Shown here piece by piece: positions 28,173-37,916 of a stretch of DNA of 64,000 nucleotides. A program made the position numbers and the translations under genes. Under the pieces are notes generated by a model. The model ran no database searches. It was not told the DNA's origin and was given only the letters and a program-made list of their open reading frames with translations. Position 1 is the stretch's first letter, and every line of letters begins with the position of its first letter. The DNA lies in NCBI GenBank assembly GCA_026981655.1, contig JALSIJ010000131.1, forward strand, positions 3,217 to 67,216, given 5' to 3'. Source of the stretch: Rhizobiaceae bacterium. Its GTDB lineage: Bacteria > Pseudomonadota > Alphaproteobacteria > Rhizobiales > Rhizobiaceae.

Positions 28173-29756
28173 ATGGATATTTTTATTTCGCTCATTGTGA
28201 TTGTCGTTGTTGTGGCAATCGGTATTGCATTCTTGCAACGGTTTTATCGCAAGGCAACACGGGAACGGGCTTTAATCCGCACCGGTGCGGGTGGTGAATG
28301 CGTGGTACTTGATGGCGGCTTTCTGGCCCTGCCGTTTTTGCACCGGGTTGAGCAGATCAACATGCGAACCATGCGTTTGCAGATTCGCCGAATGGGCGAG
28401 AAATCTCTGATGAGCGAAGACCGGTTGCGACTGGATGCGGAAGTTGAGTTTTATCTGCGCGTTGAACCAACAATGGAAGGAGTGGCAACGGCGGCTCAAT
28501 CACTTGGTGCGCGCTCGTTAAACCCGGATGAGTTGGGCAATTTGTTCAATGGCCGGTTTGTGGATGCCATGCAATCTGTTGTGGCGACCAAGACGATGGA
28601 TCAGCTGCATGAGGACCGGGGCGGTTTTGTCAAGGAAGTTCGAGCAGCCCTTGCCGATGGAATGAAATCAAACGGATTGCGGCTGGAATCCGTATCGCTC
28701 ACTCACCTTGATCAGGCGTCATTTGCCTCGCTGGATGAAAATAATGCGTTCAATGCAGTGGGTATGCGCCGCCTTGCGGAAGTGGTTTCTTCAAACAGGA
28801 AAAAGCGCGCTGAGATTGAAGCCGACGCTGATGTTTCCGTCCGTCAGGTTCAGTTAGACAGTTTGAAACGTAAATTGCTGATTGAGGAAGAGCAGAAGAA
28901 AGCAGAAATTCAACAGCTGCAAACAATAGAGTCTGCCAAGGCAAATTCGGCGGCTGCAACCGAGCTTTCCCGGCAAAATGCCCAGATGGAAGCGGATCAG
29001 GGTAAGATCGGGGCTGATCTCGAAACCCGCAGACGCGAAATTGAACGCGATAAGGAATTGCGCCAACATGAGGTGCAGGCATTACTCGCGGCTGAATCTG
29101 CCAAGATTGAAAGTCAGATTGCCCTGGCAAAAAAGCGGGCGGAAGAAAATGCTATTATTGCTGAAACAGAATTGTCGCGGGAATCGGTTATTGCGGCACA
29201 GGAAAAAATTCAGTCAGAAAAAGAACGCCTGGTTGCTGAGCGTGAGTTGAATGCAGCCCTGATTAAAACCCGCCAGCAAAGCCAGACCACCGAAGAACGC
29301 ACTAAATCTGAGGTGAAAACACTGCTTGATACGGTGCAGGCTGAGGCAAAGGCCTCTGATTTACGCGCCGCTGCCAAGCGCTCAGAACTGGCTGCGGAAG
29401 CAGAAGGCAAGGCTGCGTTGATAAAGGCAGAAAATCAACTGGCCCCGGAAATCATTGCCATGAAGCTCGATATGCATAAGATGGATAGATTGCCGGAATT
29501 GGCTGAAAAAATGATGAAGCCGCTGGAAAAAATCGACTCCATCCGTATCAATCAGATTTCGGGCCTTGGCATTGGCGAGGGCGGGCAGGCGCAGGCCGGG
29601 CCAATTGATGGCGTTGTGGATGGTGCATTAAAACTTGCACTGCAAATGCCGGCCATGAAAAAAATCGGCAAGTCTGTCGGTGTAAATTTTGATTTTGATG
29701 AAAAAGTGGAGAAGAAAAAAAGGCCAACTAAACCGAGTGGAAAATCCAAAAAATAA
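28173..29756 (+). CDS. Flotillin-like SPFH/band-7 protein (YqiK/FloT type)
   Basis: 527 aa from the ATG at 28173. Has an N-terminal transmembrane helix (MDIFISLIVIVVVVAIGIAFL), an SPFH-like region, a coiled coil of about 250 aa rich in E, A, K and Q, and a Lys-rich tail. Confidence 0.85.
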   Translation: MDIFISLIVIVVVVAIGIAFLQRFYRKATRERALIRTGAGGECVVLDGGFLALPFLHRVEQINMRTMRLQIRRMGEKSLMSEDRLRLDAEVEFYLRVEPTMEGVATAAQSLGARSLNPDELGNLFNGRFVDAMQSVVATKTMDQLHEDRGGFVKEVRAALADGMKSNGLRLESVSLTHLDQASFASLDENNAFNAVGMRRLAEVVSSNRKKRAEIEADADVSVRQVQLDSLKRKLLIEEEQKKAEIQQLQTIESAKANSAAATELSRQNAQMEADQGKIGADLETRRREIERDKELRQHEVQALLAAESAKIESQIALAKKRAEENAIIAETELSRESVIAAQEKIQSEKERLVAERELNAALIKTRQQSQTTEERTKSEVKTLLDTVQAEAKASDLRAAAKRSELAAEAEGKAALIKAENQLAPEIIAMKLDMHKMDRLPELAEKMMKPLEKIDSIRINQISGLGIGEGGQAQAGPIDGVVDGALKLALQMPAMKKIGKSVGVNFDFDEKVEKKKRPTKPSGKSKK

Positions 29757-29775
29757 AACCTCAAGGGAGAAGAAA

Positions 29776-30996
29776 ATGAAAATTGATCGCAGAAAATTTG
29801 TGGCAGGAACAGCCGCCGCCGGCACTATGGCATTCCTGCCCAAAATGGCCATCGCGGGCGAGACCATCAAGGTAGGTTCTATCCTTGATACCTCCGGTAT
29901 TTTTGACCTTTATGGCAAGCCAATGGACAAGGCCGTGACACTGGCCATTGAAGAATTAAATGCAGCCGGTGGTATTGCCGGTCGGAAACTTGAAAAAGTC
30001 GCCTATGACACTCAATCCAATATGGCGCTCTATACGCAGTTTGCTCAAAAGCTAACCCGTCAGGACAAGGTGGATGTGGTGCATGGGGGCATTCTTTCCG
30101 CTTCCCGCGAAGCTATTCGCCCAACTTTGCGCAAGTCGAAAACCCTGTATTTCTACAATGTTCAATATGAGGGTGGCGTTTGCGACCGCAATATTTTCTG
30201 CACCGGAGTAACACCTGCCCAGCAGGCGGAAGTTCTGGTGCCCTATGCGATGGAAAAATGGGGCAAGAAAATCTACATTCTGGCCGCTGATTATAATTAT
30301 GGCCAGATCACCGCCAAGTGGATTGAGCACTATGCCGGTAAAGCCGGTGGCTCCGTTGTAAAGACGGATTTCTTCCCGCTTGATGTGGCTGATTTTGGAT
30401 CAACTATTGCCAAGATTCAGGAAGCTGCACCAGATATGATCATGTCGGCGCTGGTTGGTGGTGCGCATCTTTCATTTTATCGCCAGTGGGCGGCTGCCGG
30501 AATGAACAAGAAAATTCCTATGGCTTCCACCACGCTTGGTGCTGGTAATGAGCAGGTTGTTTTGACCAAGGAAGAGGGTGACGGCATTTTGCTGGCCTAT
30601 TCCTTCTCGAAGGAACTTGATCGGCCTGAAAACAAGGTGTTTTTGGATAAGTGGCAAAAACGCTTTGGTTCGACCGACGACATTCACGAGCTTGCGGTTG
30701 CGACCTATCAGGGTATGCATTTGTGGGGTGCTGGCGCTAACAAAGCCGGCTCAGTGGAGCGTGACAAAGTGGTGGAAGCGCTGGAATCAGGTGTTAGTAT
30801 TATCGGCCCTAGCGGCAAGATTACCGTTGACCCCAAAACCCATCATGTGGTGACCGATGTGCATATTGTTGAGGTTGGCGATCAAAAAATGAACGTGGTC
30901 AAAAGCTATGATCAGCGCCAACCGGTTGATACCCAGGCAGTGTGCGATTTAAGCGCCAATCCGGGTGATACAACTCAATATGAAATCAAGATTTAG
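29776..30996 (+). CDS. Amide/urea-type ABC transporter substrate-binding protein (AmiC/UrtA/FmdD-related) with a Tat signal
   Basis: 406 aa from the ATG at 29776 with a GGGAGA Shine-Dalgarno. Has a twin-arginine signal (MKIDRRKFVAGTAAAGTMAFLP). The mature part has IKVGSILDTSG...AIEELNAAGGIAGRKL and YFYNVQYEGG. Confidence 0.85.
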   Translation: MKIDRRKFVAGTAAAGTMAFLPKMAIAGETIKVGSILDTSGIFDLYGKPMDKAVTLAIEELNAAGGIAGRKLEKVAYDTQSNMALYTQFAQKLTRQDKVDVVHGGILSASREAIRPTLRKSKTLYFYNVQYEGGVCDRNIFCTGVTPAQQAEVLVPYAMEKWGKKIYILAADYNYGQITAKWIEHYAGKAGGSVVKTDFFPLDVADFGSTIAKIQEAAPDMIMSALVGGAHLSFYRQWAAAGMNKKIPMASTTLGAGNEQVVLTKEEGDGILLAYSFSKELDRPENKVFLDKWQKRFGSTDDIHELAVATYQGMHLWGAGANKAGSVERDKVVEALESGVSIIGPSGKITVDPKTHHVVTDVHIVEVGDQKMNVVKSYDQRQPVDTQAVCDLSANPGDTTQYEIKI

Positions 30997-31074
30997 TTCG
31001 CTCATTATTGAGTTAAACCTTGAATGAGGGCCGGAACCGTGTGGAACCGGCCCCAATATCTCCGGGATTGAAAT

Positions 31075-31941
31075 ATGGATTATGCCGCGGTTGTGATCGT
31101 GGAGGTGTTTTACGGTATCTCTGTACTGGTTTTGATCAGTGCGGGGCTGGCTGTTGTATTCGGTATGATGCGGGTGATTAATCTTGCGCATGGGGAATTT
31201 ATAACGTTGGGCGGTTATGCAGCGATTACCGCCCATTCGCTGGGTGTGCCGATATTTATCTCGACCTTGATTGTTGCACCGATTGTGGTGGCGATATTCG
31301 GGCTGGTCGTAGAACGGCTGATTGTACGTTTTCTTTATGGGCGGTTGATCAATACCATGCTCGCCACATGGGGGTTGAGCCTGTTGATGATTGGTGGAAT
31401 GACCATGATTTTTGGCAATACGACAACGGGTATTCCAACCCCGATTTCAGGCTTTACGCTTGGGCGCTATCAGATGAGCGGCTATAATCTGTTTGTCATT
31501 TTCATGGCCATTGTTACGGTAATCATAATTTACGGGGTTTTAAAAACCACGCGCGCCGGGCTTATCGCGCGCGGTGCTATGCAGAACCCTGAAATGGCCA
31601 ATGCATTTGGCTATAATACCTCACGCATTTATATGCTGACCTTTACCGCAGGCGCTGCCCTTTCCGGGCTTGCCGGTGGCGTTATGGCACCATTGGTTGG
31701 GCTTAACCCTGCCTCGGGTGCCAATTATATTGCAAAGGCTTTTATTACGGTGATTTCCGGCGGCACCTCTGTGGTTTCCGGGCTTCTATCCAGCGCCACC
31801 TTGTTTGGCTCGGTTTCGCAGATTGTCACCTTTATTTCCACATCGGTGGTGGGCGAAATTGCGCTGCTGATTGCGGCGGTCATTTTGCTTCGATTGCTGC
31901 CAACTGGCATAACCGGTCGGTTCTTGAAGGGTCGGGTGTAA
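31075..31941 (+). CDS. Branched-chain amino acid/urea-type ABC permease (LivH/UrtB-like)
   Basis: 288-aa polytopic ORF with INLAHGEF near the N-terminus, typical of the LivH family. Confidence 0.88.
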   Translation: MDYAAVVIVEVFYGISVLVLISAGLAVVFGMMRVINLAHGEFITLGGYAAITAHSLGVPIFISTLIVAPIVVAIFGLVVERLIVRFLYGRLINTMLATWGLSLLMIGGMTMIFGNTTTGIPTPISGFTLGRYQMSGYNLFVIFMAIVTVIIIYGVLKTTRAGLIARGAMQNPEMANAFGYNTSRIYMLTFTAGAALSGLAGGVMAPLVGLNPASGANYIAKAFITVISGGTSVVSGLLSSATLFGSVSQIVTFISTSVVGEIALLIAAVILLRLLPTGITGRFLKGRV

Positions 31942-31942
31942 C

Positions 31943-32995
31943 GTGGGTGGTTTGAAAGAAATTGCGCTCACCATAATCGTGGGACTGTTGTTGATGGCTC
32001 TGCTGCCATTGGGTGTAGATACCTTCACCCTGACCGTGCTTTGTATTTATGCCCTGCTGGGTCTCTCCCTTGGTTTCATCTGGGGGTTTGGCGGCATATT
32101 GTGTTTTGGGCAGGCAGCCTTTTTCGGGCTTGGGGCCTATGCCTATGCGATTGCGGCGATAAATTTCGGTACGCCCTGGGCGCCGTTTTTTATTGCCATT
32201 ATATTCCCGGCGCTTATTGCAGCAGTCTTTGGCGGCATGTTGTTTTTCGGTCGGCTGAACGATGTTTATCTTGCTGTTCTGACACTGGTATTTACGCTGA
32301 TCCTGTACAAGTTCATGAATGTGACAGCGGGTGAAAACTACATTATCGGCAAGGCTCGGCTTGGTGGCTATAATGGCATACCCGGGTTTGAAACCCTGTC
32401 GCTGCCCTGGGACCCTTCTGAATATATTTATGGCGATAGCCTGTTTTATTTCTCGCTCAGCTTGCTTTTGCTGGTCTTTCTGGGGCTGCGCTGGTTGCTC
32501 AAAAGCCCGTTTGGCCGGGTGATGATCGGGGTGCGTGAAAATGAGCTGCGGGCCGAATTGATGGGTTATGATGTTCGCCTGATCAAAACTGCTGTGTTCG
32601 CCATTGGTGGCGGTGTTGCAGGTCTTGCGGGTTGCCTTTACGCAAATTGGGCAGAGATTGTTACGCCAAACCTGTTTTCGCTTGGCCAATCGGCCGAGGT
32701 GATTATTTGGGTTATCGTCGGTGGTGCCGGAACCCTGTTTGGGCCCATTTTGGGGGCGGCGATTATGGGCTATATGAAATTCCTTTTGGGCCAGCAAAGC
32801 CTGATTGATAACACGCTGGTGATGGGGGCTGTGCTGGTTCTGGCGGTGCTGCTTTTGCCGCGCGGAATATTCCCTGTTATCGCTGATCGGTTTACCCGCA
32901 AAACCGGTCGCGAGCGCACCACTAGAAGCAGATCTTCGCGAAAACGCCCGACCAGAAAGCGTCATCGCAGAAGGGAGGGTTCCAATGAGCAATAA
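31943..32995 (+). CDS. Branched-chain amino acid/urea-type ABC permease (LivM/UrtC-like) with an Arg/Lys-rich C-terminal tail
   Basis: 350 aa with a GTG start 1 nt after the previous stop. Polytopic. Ends in RFTRKTGRERTTRSRSSRKRPTRKRHRRREGSNEQ. Confidence 0.85.
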   Translation: MGGLKEIALTIIVGLLLMALLPLGVDTFTLTVLCIYALLGLSLGFIWGFGGILCFGQAAFFGLGAYAYAIAAINFGTPWAPFFIAIIFPALIAAVFGGMLFFGRLNDVYLAVLTLVFTLILYKFMNVTAGENYIIGKARLGGYNGIPGFETLSLPWDPSEYIYGDSLFYFSLSLLLLVFLGLRWLLKSPFGRVMIGVRENELRAELMGYDVRLIKTAVFAIGGGVAGLAGCLYANWAEIVTPNLFSLGQSAEVIIWVIVGGAGTLFGPILGAAIMGYMKFLLGQQSLIDNTLVMGAVLVLAVLLLPRGIFPVIADRFTRKTGRERTTRSRSSRKRPTRKRHRRREGSNEQ

Positions 32996-33704
32996 TATTG
33001 TGGTTGAAGCCCGTGATCTAACGGTTCGTTTTGACGGTGTGGTGGCGCTGGACAATGTTAATTTGAAATTACAGCGCAATGAATTGCGCTGTCTTATCGG
33101 GCCAAACGGGGCTGGCAAAAGCACCTTTTTTAAATGCCTGGCGGGCATGCAGCTGCCAACCAGCGGCGAAATGATTGTCGAGGGTGAGGCCACCACCGGT
33201 TATGATCCGTTTCGGGTTGCACGGCTTGGCATCGGCATCAAGACGCAGGTGCCTAGTGTGATGGACGGGCTTTCGGTTCATGAAAATATCTGGCTGGCTG
33301 CACGGCGTACCCAGAGCACGCGCAAGGCCAACGGAATTGTTGATGATATTCTGGGACGGCTGAAACTGGGCGATCTTGCGCGGCAGGATGTTTCCACACT
33401 TGCCCACGGACAACGCCAGATTGTTGAACTGGGTATCGTGCTTGCGGGCGACCCCTGGCTGGTTTTGCTGGATGAACCAGCGGCGGGTCTGACCGGTGAT
33501 GAGGTGGAGCGCATGGTCAATGTAATTAAGGAAATCAACGATTATGCAACGCTGATCGTGGTTGAACACGATATGCATTTTATTCGGCAAATTGCCAAAA
33601 TGGTCACCGTATTCCATCAGGGCCGGGTGCTGATCGAGGAAGATGTGGACACGGTCTTAAGCGATCCGATTGTCCGCGATGTTTATCTGGGTAAACGCCG
33701 ATGA
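32985..33704 (+). CDS. ABC transporter ATP-binding protein (LivG/UrtD-like)
   Basis: 239 aa. Has Walker A GPNGAGKST and Walker B LLDEPAAGL. A GGGAGGG Shine-Dalgarno lies upstream. Confidence 0.9.
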   Translation: MSNNIVVEARDLTVRFDGVVALDNVNLKLQRNELRCLIGPNGAGKSTFFKCLAGMQLPTSGEMIVEGEATTGYDPFRVARLGIGIKTQVPSVMDGLSVHENIWLAARRTQSTRKANGIVDDILGRLKLGDLARQDVSTLAHGQRQIVELGIVLAGDPWLVLLDEPAAGLTGDEVERMVNVIKEINDYATLIVVEHDMHFIRQIAKMVTVFHQGRVLIEEDVDTVLSDPIVRDVYLGKRR

Positions 33705-36079
33705 ATGAAATCGACAAGCAGATGATATTGGAAGTTTCGGCATTGCGCAGTGGCTATGGGGCAATACCGGTGCTTCATGGGGCAGAGCTTGCTGTAGCCG
33801 AAGGCTCAATCATTGGTATTCTTGGCCATAATGGCATGGGAAAATCCACCCTGTTAAAAACCATTATGGGCTATTTGCCGGTGACCAGCGGGCAGGTGAA
33901 GTTTGATGGTGAAAATATCACGACGCTGCCGGTGCATGAACGCGCGCGGCTTGGCATTGGGTATGTTCCGCAGGATCGGGGAATTTTTACCCAGTTGAGC
34001 GCTATTGATAATCTGCGGTTTGCCTGGAGTGAGGATACTTCAGAATATCCGCTTGATGAGGCGATCGAACAGACATTAGTTGAATTTCCACGGCTTAAAC
34101 CCCTGCTTACCCGATCCGCTGGCGCACTGAGTGGCGGAGAGCAACAAATTCTGGCCATTGCCCGTTGTTTGATTGCAGAACCCTATTTGCTTTTGCTGGA
34201 TGAGCCGACCGAGGGCATTCAGCCTTCTATCATTGACGAGATTGCAGAGACGTTGAACTCCTTGCGGGACAATCGCGGGCTGAGCGTTGTGGTGGTTGAG
34301 CAAAATCTGGATTTTCTGACCGATCTTTGCGACCGGCTGGTGATTTTTGAGCGCGGCGAAGTGAAGGTTGATCTTGCGACCAATGAAACCGATTCCGCCA
34401 GCCTGATTGATGAATTTGTCGGCCTTGGTGCAGGTCGCATGACAAAGGGCGCTCAGTCTCCAACCAGCACTGGCTCAACTGCTCAAAGCAAACATTTATC
34501 GGCGCAAGAGCGGCCACAAATTTCAACCGAAATCCCGGCTACGACTGCCGGTAAGGAGGCTTATATGACGGTAAGACGCCCAACGCTGCAACAGATGCGC
34601 GACGTATCATCGGGCCTTGGCATGACCATGTCAGATGCCGAACTTGGCGAATATATGGAATTGATGGAGGCCAATTTTCAATCTTACGATTTGATTGATT
34701 CAATGCCGGATGAATTGCCCAAGGTTAAATATCCGCGCACGCCGGGCCATCGCCCCTCAACGGCTGAAAATCCGATGAACGCCTGGTATGTGAAATCTGA
34801 AATACGCGGTGCCGTGTCCGGCCCGCTGGAAGGGCGAACAATTGTGTTGAAGGACAATGTCTGCCTTGCAGGCGTACCGATGATGAATGGCTCCTCGACG
34901 CTTGAGGGCTATACGCCGGATATTGATGCAACCATTGTTACCCGTATTCTCGATGCCGGTGGCACCATTGTCGGCAAGGCCCATTGTGAACATTTTTGCC
35001 TTTCCGGTGGTAGCCACACCAATTCAACCGGCCCGGTGCATAATCCCTACAAGGTGGGTTATTCAGCAGGCGGGTCGTCTTCCGGTTCCGGCGCGCTGGT
35101 GGGCGCTGGTGAAGTTGATATGGCAATCGGCGGTGATCAGGGCGGGTCTATCCGCATTCCAGCATCATTTTGCGGGTGTTATGGGATGAAGCCAACCCAC
35201 GGGCTGGTGCCCTATACCGGTATCATGCCGATTGAACCGACGATTGATCATACCGGACCGATTACTCAAAATGTGTCGGATAACGCCCTGTTTTTGGAAG
35301 TGCTTGCCGGTGATGACGGGCTTGATCCGCGCCAATATGCACCCAGAACCGACCGCTACACTGAAGCGCTTGGGCGCGGTGTTGGTTCGATGCGCATTGG
35401 TGTTGTGCGCGAGGGCTTTGGCTTTGAAAACAGTGAAGCAGATGTGGACCAGAAAGTGCGCGATGCGGCAGCGAGCTTTGCCAAACTGGGTGCGGTGGTT
35501 GAAGATGTATCCATCCCGATGCATTTGCAGGGGGCGGCGATCTGGACCCCGATTGCGCTTGAGGGTCTGACCGATACTATGATGCACGGCAATGGTTTCG
35601 CCACCGGCTGGAAAGGGCTTTATGTCACCAGCTTGCTGGATGCCCATTCCAATTGGCGCAACCGGGCTGATGAGTTATCAAAGTCGCTGAAAATTTCCAT
35701 GTTTGTTGGCGAATATATGCAAAAGCATTATCGGGGCCATTATTATGCCAAGGCGCAAAATTTAAGCCGTCGGCTCCGGGCAGCTTATGATGATCTGCTG
35801 GCACGCTATGATCTGCTGTTAATGCCGACCCTGCCGATGAAGGCAACGCCTATTCCGCCGGCTGATGCGTCTATTTCCTTGACGGTGCAACGGGCCTTTG
35901 AAATGGTTGGCAATACCGCCCCCTTTGATGCGACCGGCCATCCGGCGATGAGCATACCTTGCGGCATGAGCCAGGGTCTACCCGTTGGTATGATGTTGAT
36001 TGGCAAACATTTCAACGAGAGCACGATTTACCGGGCGGCCCACGCATTCGAGCAATCCGGCGACTGGAAAGATATGTAA
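33701..36079 (+). CDS. In-frame fusion of a LivF/UrtE-like ABC ATPase (about residues 1-245) and an amidase-signature amidase (about residues 289-792)
   Basis: A single 792-aa ORF. The N-terminal part has [18 protein letters not shown] and [10 protein letters not shown] linker of about 43 aa is rich in S, T, Q and A. The amidase part has [11 protein letters not shown] and [16 protein letters not shown]. An internal AAGGAGG lies at 34553-34559, 5 nt before the in-frame ATG at 34565. Confidence 0.8.
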   Translation: MNEIDKQMILEVSALRSGYGAIPVLHGAELAVAEGSIIGILGHNGMGKSTLLKTIMGYLPVTSGQVKFDGENITTLPVHERARLGIGYVPQDRGIFTQLSAIDNLRFAWSEDTSEYPLDEAIEQTLVEFPRLKPLLTRSAGALSGGEQQILAIARCLIAEPYLLLLDEPTEGIQPSIIDEIAETLNSLRDNRGLSVVVVEQNLDFLTDLCDRLVIFERGEVKVDLATNETDSASLIDEFVGLGAGRMTKGAQSPTSTGSTAQSKHLSAQERPQISTEIPATTAGKEAYMTVRRPTLQQMRDVSSGLGMTMSDAELGEYMELMEANFQSYDLIDSMPDELPKVKYPRTPGHRPSTAENPMNAWYVKSEIRGAVSGPLEGRTIVLKDNVCLAGVPMMNGSSTLEGYTPDIDATIVTRILDAGGTIVGKAHCEHFCLSGGSHTNSTGPVHNPYKVGYSAGGSSSGSGALVGAGEVDMAIGGDQGGSIRIPASFCGCYGMKPTHGLVPYTGIMPIEPTIDHTGPITQNVSDNALFLEVLAGDDGLDPRQYAPRTDRYTEALGRGVGSMRIGVVREGFGFENSEADVDQKVRDAAASFAKLGAVVEDVSIPMHLQGAAIWTPIALEGLTDTMMHGNGFATGWKGLYVTSLLDAHSNWRNRADELSKSLKISMFVGEYMQKHYRGHYYAKAQNLSRRLRAAYDDLLARYDLLLMPTLPMKATPIPPADASISLTVQRAFEMVGNTAPFDATGHPAMSIPCGMSQGLPVGMMLIGKHFNESTIYRAAHAFEQSGDWKDM

Positions 36080-37842
36080 TGTCCTATTCAACCATTGATG
36101 ATTTATCCAAGCCGATAACATCGCTGGATGGTTCGGCAAATAAAGCGAGTGGTGATATGGCCGATTTAAAACCACAAGATGGTTCCTATGTGCGGGGTGA
36201 TACCTCCAACCCCTTATGGCGCAAAACTATTTTTCAGGTGTTGAAAGATACGGCATCTGAATTTGGCCACCGCGATGCAGCTATATTCTGCCAGCATGAT
36301 GTGCGCTGGACATGGAACCAGCTTTTAAGCAAATGCGATGATCTGGCATCCGGACTTTTGGCGCTGGGGTTAAAACCCGGCGATCGGGTGGGCATCTGGT
36401 CGCCTAATCGACCGGAATGGCTGTTGATACAATTTGCCACCGCGCGGGTGGGGATTATTCTGGTCAATATCAACCCGGCCTACCGCACCTATGAGCTTGA
36501 ATATGCGCTGAATAAATCCGGCTGCAAGGCTTTGGTTTTAGCGGAGAATTTTAAAACCAGCGACTATGTGGCGATGTTGCGCGAACTTGCGTCGGAAATA
36601 GATAATTGCGAGCCGGGCGCGCTTAATTCTACAAAACTGCCTGCGTTAAAATCGGCCATCGTCACTGGCGATAATGCGCCAAATGGTTTTTTTGCCTTTG
36701 ATGATGTGATGAAAATGGCTGGCCCGGCGCACCGAATGCGGCTTGATGAAATGTCGGCTGGTCTTGATCCCGATGATCCGATCAACATTCAGTTCACATC
36801 CGGCACCACCGGCTCGCCCAAGGGGGCAACGCTGACCCATTATAATATCGTCAATAATGCGCGGTTTGTGGTTGGTACGATGGGTTTTTCTGAAAATGAT
36901 AAATTATGCATTCCGGTGCCGCTTTATCATTGTTTCGGCATGGTTATGGGCACGCTTGGTTGCGCCACCACCGGGGCGGCGATGGTGTTTCCGGCAGAGG
37001 CGTTTGATCCTATTTCGACATTAAAGGCCATCAGCCAAGAGCGCTGCACGGCGCTTTACGGGGTGCCGACGATGTTTGTTGCCATGTTGGAATCGCCGGA
37101 AGTTGCACAAAGTGATTTCTCCTCGTTGCGCACCGGCTGTATGGCGGGCGCGCCTTGCCCGATTGAAATTATGAAACGGGTGGTTGGCGAAATGAACATG
37201 AAAGAGGTTACCATCGCCTATGGCATGACCGAGACCAGCCCGGTTTCGTTTCAATGCCATGCGGATGATCCGCTGGACAAGCGGGTTTCCACCGTTGGCC
37301 GCATTCACCCGCATGTGGAGGTGAAGGCGATTGATGAAAACGGCAAGATCGTGCCAGTGGGCGAACCGGGCGAATTGTGCACCCGTGGCTATAGCGTTAT
37401 GCGCGGTTATTGGGATGATGATGAGCGCACGAATGAGAGCATTGATCAATCCGGCTGGATGCATACGGGCGATCTGGCGACGATTGATGAAGATGGTTAT
37501 TGCGCCATTGTTGGCCGGGTAAAGGATATGCTTATTCGGGGCGGTGAAAATATCTATCCGCGGGAAGTGGAGGAGTTTTTGTTTACTCATCCAAAGGTGG
37601 CCGAAGTGCAGGTGTTCGGGGTGCCGGATGAAAAATATGGCGAAGAGGTTTGCGCGTGGATTGTGCTTAAGCCTGATACCAGCGCCGATGAGGCGGAGAT
37701 CCGCGAGTTTTGCAAGGGTAAAATTGCTCATTATAAGGTGCCGCGCTATGTGCGATTCAAGTCAGAATTGCCAATGACAGTGACCGGCAAACCGCAGAAA
37801 TTTATTATGCAAAATGCGATGATTGAGGAATTGGCGAGTTAA
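36079..37842 (+). CDS. AMP-dependent acyl-CoA synthetase/ligase
   Basis: 587 aa from the ATG at 36079, which overlaps the amidase stop (TAATG). Has [35 protein letters not shown] and a GKPQK-type C-terminus. Confidence 0.9.
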   Translation: MSYSTIDDLSKPITSLDGSANKASGDMADLKPQDGSYVRGDTSNPLWRKTIFQVLKDTASEFGHRDAAIFCQHDVRWTWNQLLSKCDDLASGLLALGLKPGDRVGIWSPNRPEWLLIQFATARVGIILVNINPAYRTYELEYALNKSGCKALVLAENFKTSDYVAMLRELASEIDNCEPGALNSTKLPALKSAIVTGDNAPNGFFAFDDVMKMAGPAHRMRLDEMSAGLDPDDPINIQFTSGTTGSPKGATLTHYNIVNNARFVVGTMGFSENDKLCIPVPLYHCFGMVMGTLGCATTGAAMVFPAEAFDPISTLKAISQERCTALYGVPTMFVAMLESPEVAQSDFSSLRTGCMAGAPCPIEIMKRVVGEMNMKEVTIAYGMTETSPVSFQCHADDPLDKRVSTVGRIHPHVEVKAIDENGKIVPVGEPGELCTRGYSVMRGYWDDDERTNESIDQSGWMHTGDLATIDEDGYCAIVGRVKDMLIRGGENIYPREVEEFLFTHPKVAEVQVFGVPDEKYGEEVCAWIVLKPDTSADEAEIREFCKGKIAHYKVPRYVRFKSELPMTVTGKPQKFIMQNAMIEELAS

Positions 37843-37916
37843 AGTTTCACACTTTGGACATCTCATTGAATCTGGTTAGAGTGTAAACCTGTTAGGCAAA
37901 TTACACGGTTGGATCA

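Noticed and set aside
31880-33196. A 438-codon open frame on the minus strand, the longest unexplained ORF in the track.
   Set aside because: It lies entirely antisense to the LivH/LivM/LivG-like genes, which have strong family motifs. Its product is low-complexity (rich in Q, K, R, P and H) with no recognisable domain, start context or Shine-Dalgarno. It is a typical shadow ORF of a membrane-protein gene.
37021-37731. A 236-aa minus-strand ORF. Similar long antisense ORFs occur at 46371-46979, 38508-39077, 11722-12342, 27032-27523, 35165-35647 and 33069-33617.
   Set aside because: Each is antisense to a gene with clear conserved motifs (acyl-CoA synthetase, aldo/keto reductase, FGGY kinase, GlgP, AmiC-like protein, amidase, ATPase). 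None has a recognisable domain.
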